Origin: Macrostomum lignano
Taxonomy: Eukaryota
NCBI GenBank assembly: GCA_002269645.1
Contig: NIVC01002812.1
Location: forward strand, 1 to 63,242
Reading direction: 5' to 3'
Length of the DNA stretch: 63,242 nucleotides
Part shown: positions 58,186-63,242 of the stretch, one piece after another
Layout: every line of letters begins with the position of its first letter
Position numbering within the stretch: the stretch's first letter is position 1
Program-made: the position numbers and the translations under genes
The notes under the pieces: model-generated
What the model saw: only the letters and a program-made list of their open reading frames with translations
What the model was told of the DNA's origin: nothing
The model's database searches: none

Positions 58186-58738
58186 TACAAGCCACAAATG
58201 AATGTGGCGACGCTTACTGACACAAACAAAATACATGAAAAACAGACAACAGATTTCTTAGAAAAATCCACCGCATTTTAACAAACCGAAATGCCAACAA
58301 AGGCAGCGGAGCGGGCACGCTATTTAGGTAAAAAATGGACAATGAGTCGTCAATTTATTGTATATATTTCATTATTAATTAATTATTAGACAGGAAACGC
58401 AAACAAAACACTAATGAAATTGATGAGAATTTTTCGATAAGAAAAAATAACAATAGTACATAGCATAAGAACAAGCATGCGTCAGTTAAAAAAAAACCAG
58501 TTAAGTCAGTTATCATTGCTAATAGAGAGAGTGATGACACACTATATTAAATGAAAACTTTTGCTGCACAAATTGTTACTTTATAATTGATAATAACAGA
58601 AATGCTAGACTATGAATGTACTTTTAACTAAGTTCAGTAAATAAAATAAAAATAATTACACACGGAGAGACAGTCGGTTGTGTGTTTTGTTAAATACGAA
58701 AATTAGAGTTCAAGCCCAGATCAAGTCAGTAACGGGGA

Positions 58739-59149
58739 TCACTTGGCACCCCCGCTGGCAGTGGGGCCGCCGGCACCCTTCTTATTCACCAGACTCTTGT
58801 GGATGTGCGGAATCACTCCGCCGCCGGCGATGGTGGCCTTGATCAGCGTGTCCAGCTCTTCGTCTCCGCGGATGGCCAGCTGCAGATGACGCGGCGTGAT
58901 ACGCTTGACGCGCAGATCTTTGCTAGCATTGCCAGCCAGCTCCAGCACCTCGGCGGTCAGGTACTCCAAGATGGCGGCGCTGTACACGGCAGCGGTGGCG
59001 CCGACGCGGCCGTGGCTGGTGGTTCGAGTCTTCAGGTGACGATGAATACGACCGACTGGGAATTGAAGACCGGCCCTGGCTGACCGGGAGATGGCCTTCT
59101 GCTTAGCCTTGCCTGCGTCTTTGCCTGCTTTGCCTTTTCCACCGGGCAT
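58739..59149 (-). CDS. H2AZ: Histone H2A.Z variant, intronless CDS (136 aa)
   Basis: [85 protein letters not shown] is diagnostic of H2A.Z. Minus-strand AATAAA at 58354-58359; no histone stem-loop seen. Confidence 0.97.
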   Translation of the reverse strand: MPGGKGKAGKDAGKAKQKAISRSARAGLQFPVGRIHRHLKTRTTSHGRVGATAAVYSAAILEYLTAEVLELAGNASKDLRVKRITPRHLQLAIRGDEELDTLIKATIAGGGVIPHIHKSLVNKKGAGGPTASGGAK

Positions 59150-59393
59150 TGTATTGCTGATTGATTATAATGTGGGGAGCTGACTGCTCATGCAATTGTG
59201 TGAATAGTGGGTTGGCGATGAGGCTTTATAACATTAAAAAATATAGTTACGGTCAGTCTTATAGAGCAGCGATGCTAACTGGATAAAAAATTAGCTAAGT
59301 TGCAAGTAAATTCCTATTAGTAATCACTTACTATCAGTAATATTCTAAGCATAAAATAAAATGTCTCTTTATTTTAGCAAGCAATTTCAACTT

Positions 59394-59655
59394 GGTTGCC
59401 TAGTAGCCTAGTTGTAAGCCCATCAGACTTGAAACTTGAAGGCTGGGGTTCGATTCCCAATCCCACTGGAACAATTTGTGTCTTTAGGCTTGAGCTAAAC
59501 ACTTCATTTTGCAATTGCTTCAGTTCACCCCCAAACCCCCAGTCCTTGGACTGAACAGCCATATGCAGCCTTCAGATACAATGCACAATAGCTGCAGCTC
59601 AGCTGTCAGTTGTACATCTACTTATTAGGACAGGGTAATCTATTATTATTATTAT
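59394..59655 (+). mobile_element. tRNA-derived CORE-like SINE with (TAT)n tail
   Basis: A-box-like TAGCCTAGTTG, B box GGTTCGATTCC (59447-59457), CORE-like CTTGAGCTAAACACTT..TTGCTTCAGTTCACCC, and TATTATTATTATTAT at about 59641-59655. Confidence 0.6.
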
Positions 59656-62162
59656 CACTTGTACCAATTACTAATTACCATTGTAAAATGGTTACAAACA
59701 AGATAAGGGTTATATAATTAGTGACCTTTCTAGAGGCAACCTATAAGGCAAGTATCCATTTTTTAATATCTATTTGATCAATCTGGTTCATCAAATATTC
59801 TTCTTGTAATTCAAATGTTAAGCAAAATCAAATATTTATATTTATACCTACATTGATCAATATTTTTAACATTTATTGGTATACAATTACTCTTGAAGGA
59901 AGCTATAATAATTATAAGACCAATGTAAGAGTAAGGCATAGTCTTTTTGGGCTTTAGAATTTTTTTGTGCTGCACAATTTTTGGGCTTCTTGAAGTTTAT
60001 GTTGATAAAATAGTTGCAATTTTGATAGGATCATAATTCCATCTCTATAGGGGTTTTTGAAGGTGCTGATTTCAAATTTGAGCTCCATTTTTTGGTAGCT
60101 TTAACCCAATTATATGTAGCTTAAAGCCAACCACCAGAGCATGGGGAATAGGGGGTTTTAGGGTGGGGAGATTCTTTATGAGGATTGATTTTATCAACAT
60201 AAACTTCAATAGAGGCATGGAGACCTATTGAAGATTGTGTTGATTTATTCCAATCCTAATAAGTGGAGGGGGTTGTAGCTTTAGAAAAATGGGAAAATTG
60301 GAAGTATTTTATCAACATAAACTTTAAGAAGCCCCAATTTTTAATAGGCTTATAATTTATAAACTCAAATTCTTTAGTTTTTAGACTTAGCAAATTTAGC
60401 AAATTGAATTAAAAAAATATTTTTGCAGACTTAAAACTAAACAACATTTGCAAGCATATTAGGCCTAGCATAAGTATTTATTAAGCAATATCTACAATAA
60501 ATTTAATTTTTTAAATTAATTTTGTTTATATTATTTTAAAGTAATAAAATTAAGCAAACCTAACATATAGTCTCAAATAAATAATATTATATAGCTTCCT
60601 TGGTCTTTTGCAAAGTCTCAGTAGGTTTCTGCCTTAGCTTTTCTAGTTCATGATTCTTAGGCCTAATTGATAGGCTTGATTTTTTTCAAAACATAGGCTA
60701 GGCCTACTTTATCTTTTTTTAGCTTTTCCCTAATCTACTTGCATAGTTTCTGAACTAGGCCTAAATTAATGTTTCTTGCAAGCTTTATTTTATTTTTGAG
60801 ATTTGAAATAATTTTTTCTAGCTTTTTTAATGTTTTATGCTTTTTTCTAGCTTTTTATCCTTTTATTAGCAATATTATATACAAATAGACTAGGTCTTAA
60901 AGAAGTAGGCCTATTATATTTACCCTATTATAACTCTACTGGAACTATAGCCATTGCCTCATTATATTATATAAAGGCATGGGCCTAGCAATATTTGTTA
61001 GGCCCCTATCAATGCCCCAATTATGCCAAATAGGGAGATAGGAATGTTAGCCTAGGCCTACTATTAGTGAGTGTTAGGCAATGTGTTAAAGTCCTAGGCC
61101 CTAACCTTCCATATATATGGGGGTCTACTAAAAATTCTAGGGCTAAAAGGCCTAGGCCTATATTCTACAATAGGGCTAGGCCTAGGCTATCCTATGACTT
61201 TGCTTAGGCCTAGCCTAGCCTAGGGCCTACGGCCTACTAGGCCTACACACACACTAGACCTACACATAACAGAAAAAACATAGACATAGTAAGTAGGGCT
61301 TGAGGCCTCTTCCTTCTTGCAGCTCTTGTCTTGGTCTTGGCTTAGGGCCTAAGAACTAAATAAGATTCGACCGAGTAGGCCTAATGAGCAATGCGAAGTC
61401 GAATTTTAATAGGCCTACAACAAAACGAAGTACTTAGTCTTGAATAGTCTTAGCGCTGGCTTTTCAATTCAACTAGTTAGAACTCGAAGTGTTTGCCCCA
61501 CAACAATTCTAGGGCCTATATGATTTTATAGGCCCTATTAGGCCTACGCCTAGGCCCATACAATTGTCTGCAGTCTTATATATACCTAGGTATGCAAATT
61601 ATGAAAACTATACATAAGCAAGAAATACAAAATGCTATAGAGCTATTAGAGATTTTTAAGAGAATTAAGATACAACAACTGTACACTAACTTTTATTTGT
61701 AGTTAAACGGGAGTGCCTAGCCTAGCTAGCAAGCTTGGACTTAATCTAAGACTCATTTTTAATGGCTCTCACACTGGCTTCCTCCTAATAACACCGCGGT
61801 CCGCCATATTTGTTTTATATAAATATTTAAACAAAACATAAGTAATATTTATTTTTAATTCAGTTATTGCAGCAAGTTTTTATTCTAAAGCAAGTGAATT
61901 TGTATTAAAAATGATTTCTACTGTTTTATTTTATTAACATATTTGTTAGTTTTGCGTCATCAAAAATATTCAACGTTGAAAAAATGCCATTATTATCCGT
62001 TTCGCAATGAATGTCAATGGCAATTGTGATGTCGATAAAGACTAAAAGCATGGTCATATAGATCGATTGTTAGTTTTTATACCAATAACTGTGGCTCTAC
62101 AGAAAATTCGTACTCGTGGATAAAATAACTATAAAAGTCACATACATGAGCACGATTAGCAT

Positions 62163-62247
62163 CAAGGACAACTGAAGTAGTAACGTAACGTACTATAACG
62201 TAATATAATATAATAATAGTAATATAACGTAACTTCAGTTGTCCATG
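62163..62247. mobile_element. 85-bp hAT-type MITE
   Basis: 16-bp TIRs CAAGGACAACTGAAGT / ACTTCAGTTGTCCATG (1 mismatch) and an exact 8-bp TSD ATTAGCAT at 62155-62162 and 62248-62255. Confidence 0.8.
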
Positions 62248-62499
62248 ATTAGCATTCGCCCGAGTTTATCAAGCCATTTTTAGATCGGCGAGAAAGCAAA
62301 GTTTCAGTTGTTCCTGTGTGTTGTAGGCCCTTTTAACTCCCCTTAAAATCCATCGCTGTATCAAGTTGTTGTAGGCGTTAACTTATTTCCCAACAGTGAT
62401 GCACCAAGCTGTACTAGGGGTGGTGCTTACTGTGATAGTAGCTCTGTCTGCCTAAAATCTATCGCACTCTAAATGCCATGCACCAAGTTGTTACGGCGC

Positions 62500-63050
62500 T
62501 CTTTCTTACTGCTAATAGTTACTAAACCAATTACTTAACTTACTAAACCATGCACTTGCCACTTATAATTTACCACGGTAGCTTCGATCAGTGTGCTTGC
62601 GCGGCAAAGCTCTTAACTACTAATTACAAATTCCAAAACGAAGTTACCACTGATCGAGAGGTTTCCGGCTTCCTACGGACTTTAGTAACTGTCTAAACAA
62701 CACGTCTTTTTACATCTTGTATCCCCTCCCTTTTACCTGGTACTGCATGGGCAATCCGCCTTCTTACTTTGCAGCACGCGTTTTACTCAATATAAGCACT
62801 TTTTTAATTACTTCACAGACGCTTTGAAAGCCTTATTTTCTACCCAAAACGGTTTTAACGGTTTTAACTTTGCTCTCACTGCTCTAAATACTGCTTTGAA
62901 CTCCTCAATTGGCAAGCACTAGTTGCTTCATAACTAAGAAAGCCTGTTTTGTTCGAATGTGAACCAATTTTTAAACGACTTAACGAAGCTTTCCTTCCTT
63001 GCCCTTGATGCAGAAATTATCGGGCTAAAACAGATTATTTGGTAAAACAA
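62500..63050 (-). mobile_element. Possible decayed L1/Tx1-type LINE fragment
   Basis: Fragmentary frames CLPIEEFKAVFRAV..KPFW and VIKKVLILSK..EGGL resemble the post-RT LP..FLW..PK.EGGL pattern; many stops. Confidence 0.3.
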
Positions 63051-63173
63051 ATAGCCCGTCGACTAATGCTGTTAAGCTGTCTGTATTCTGGTTAAAAAAC
63101 TGCAAATCGGCTCCGAGCCAATTGTCGAGCAAAAAGCAATTTCTGCTTTTAACCTGTACATTTAGCAACCAGA

Positions 63174-63174
<1 letters not shown>

Positions 63175-63213
<39 letters not shown>

Positions 63214-63242
63214 CTCCTTGTTTCTCCCTCCTTGTTTGTACT
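63175..63242. repeat. (CT)n microsatellite at the window edge
   Basis: Read directly. Confidence 0.9.

Noticed and set aside
56399-58281. Several ORFs of about 600 aa on both strands
   Set aside because: They are translations of stop-free 19- and 21-bp pyrimidine/purine arrays, open in many frames, with no complex domain.

Overview
Repeat-rich animal genomic DNA with spliceosomal GT-AG introns, GC-rich exons and a different tandem array in most long introns. The lophotrochozoan-type troponin C and this intron style suggest a free-living flatworm such as Macrostomum (inference). I assembled these gene models by hand from splice sites and frame: cyclin B3-like (+, 5 exons), serine dehydratase (+, 3), troponin T (-, 12), an orphan class-A-like 7TM receptor (+, 5), a single-exon secreted/GPI-like repeat protein (-), troponin C (+, 6), trans-3-hydroxy-L-proline dehydratase (-, 2), a degenerate dynamin-like/kinase fusion resembling DSTYK (+, about 3) and an intronless H2A.Z (-). 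Mobile DNA includes a truncated Ty3/Gypsy element with its 5' LTR, two tRNA-derived SINEs, LINE remnants, an 85-bp hAT-type MITE and two inverted minisatellite-bearing MITE-like copies that bracket the kinase gene. Most long ORFs in the supplied track are translations of tandem repeats. The best leads are: (1) the pseudo-GTPase-kinase gene inside inverted elements; (2) a possible RNA-virus polymerase fossil fused antisense to the Gypsy remnant; (3) minisatellites whose removal restores fossil reading frames; (4) a LINE sitting in an (AAC)n tract that matches its own tail; (5) paired loss of the cyclin-box Arg/Asp salt bridge; (6) TnT-TnC linkage; (7) CpG-free blocks. No database search was possible, so family calls rest on recognised motifs.
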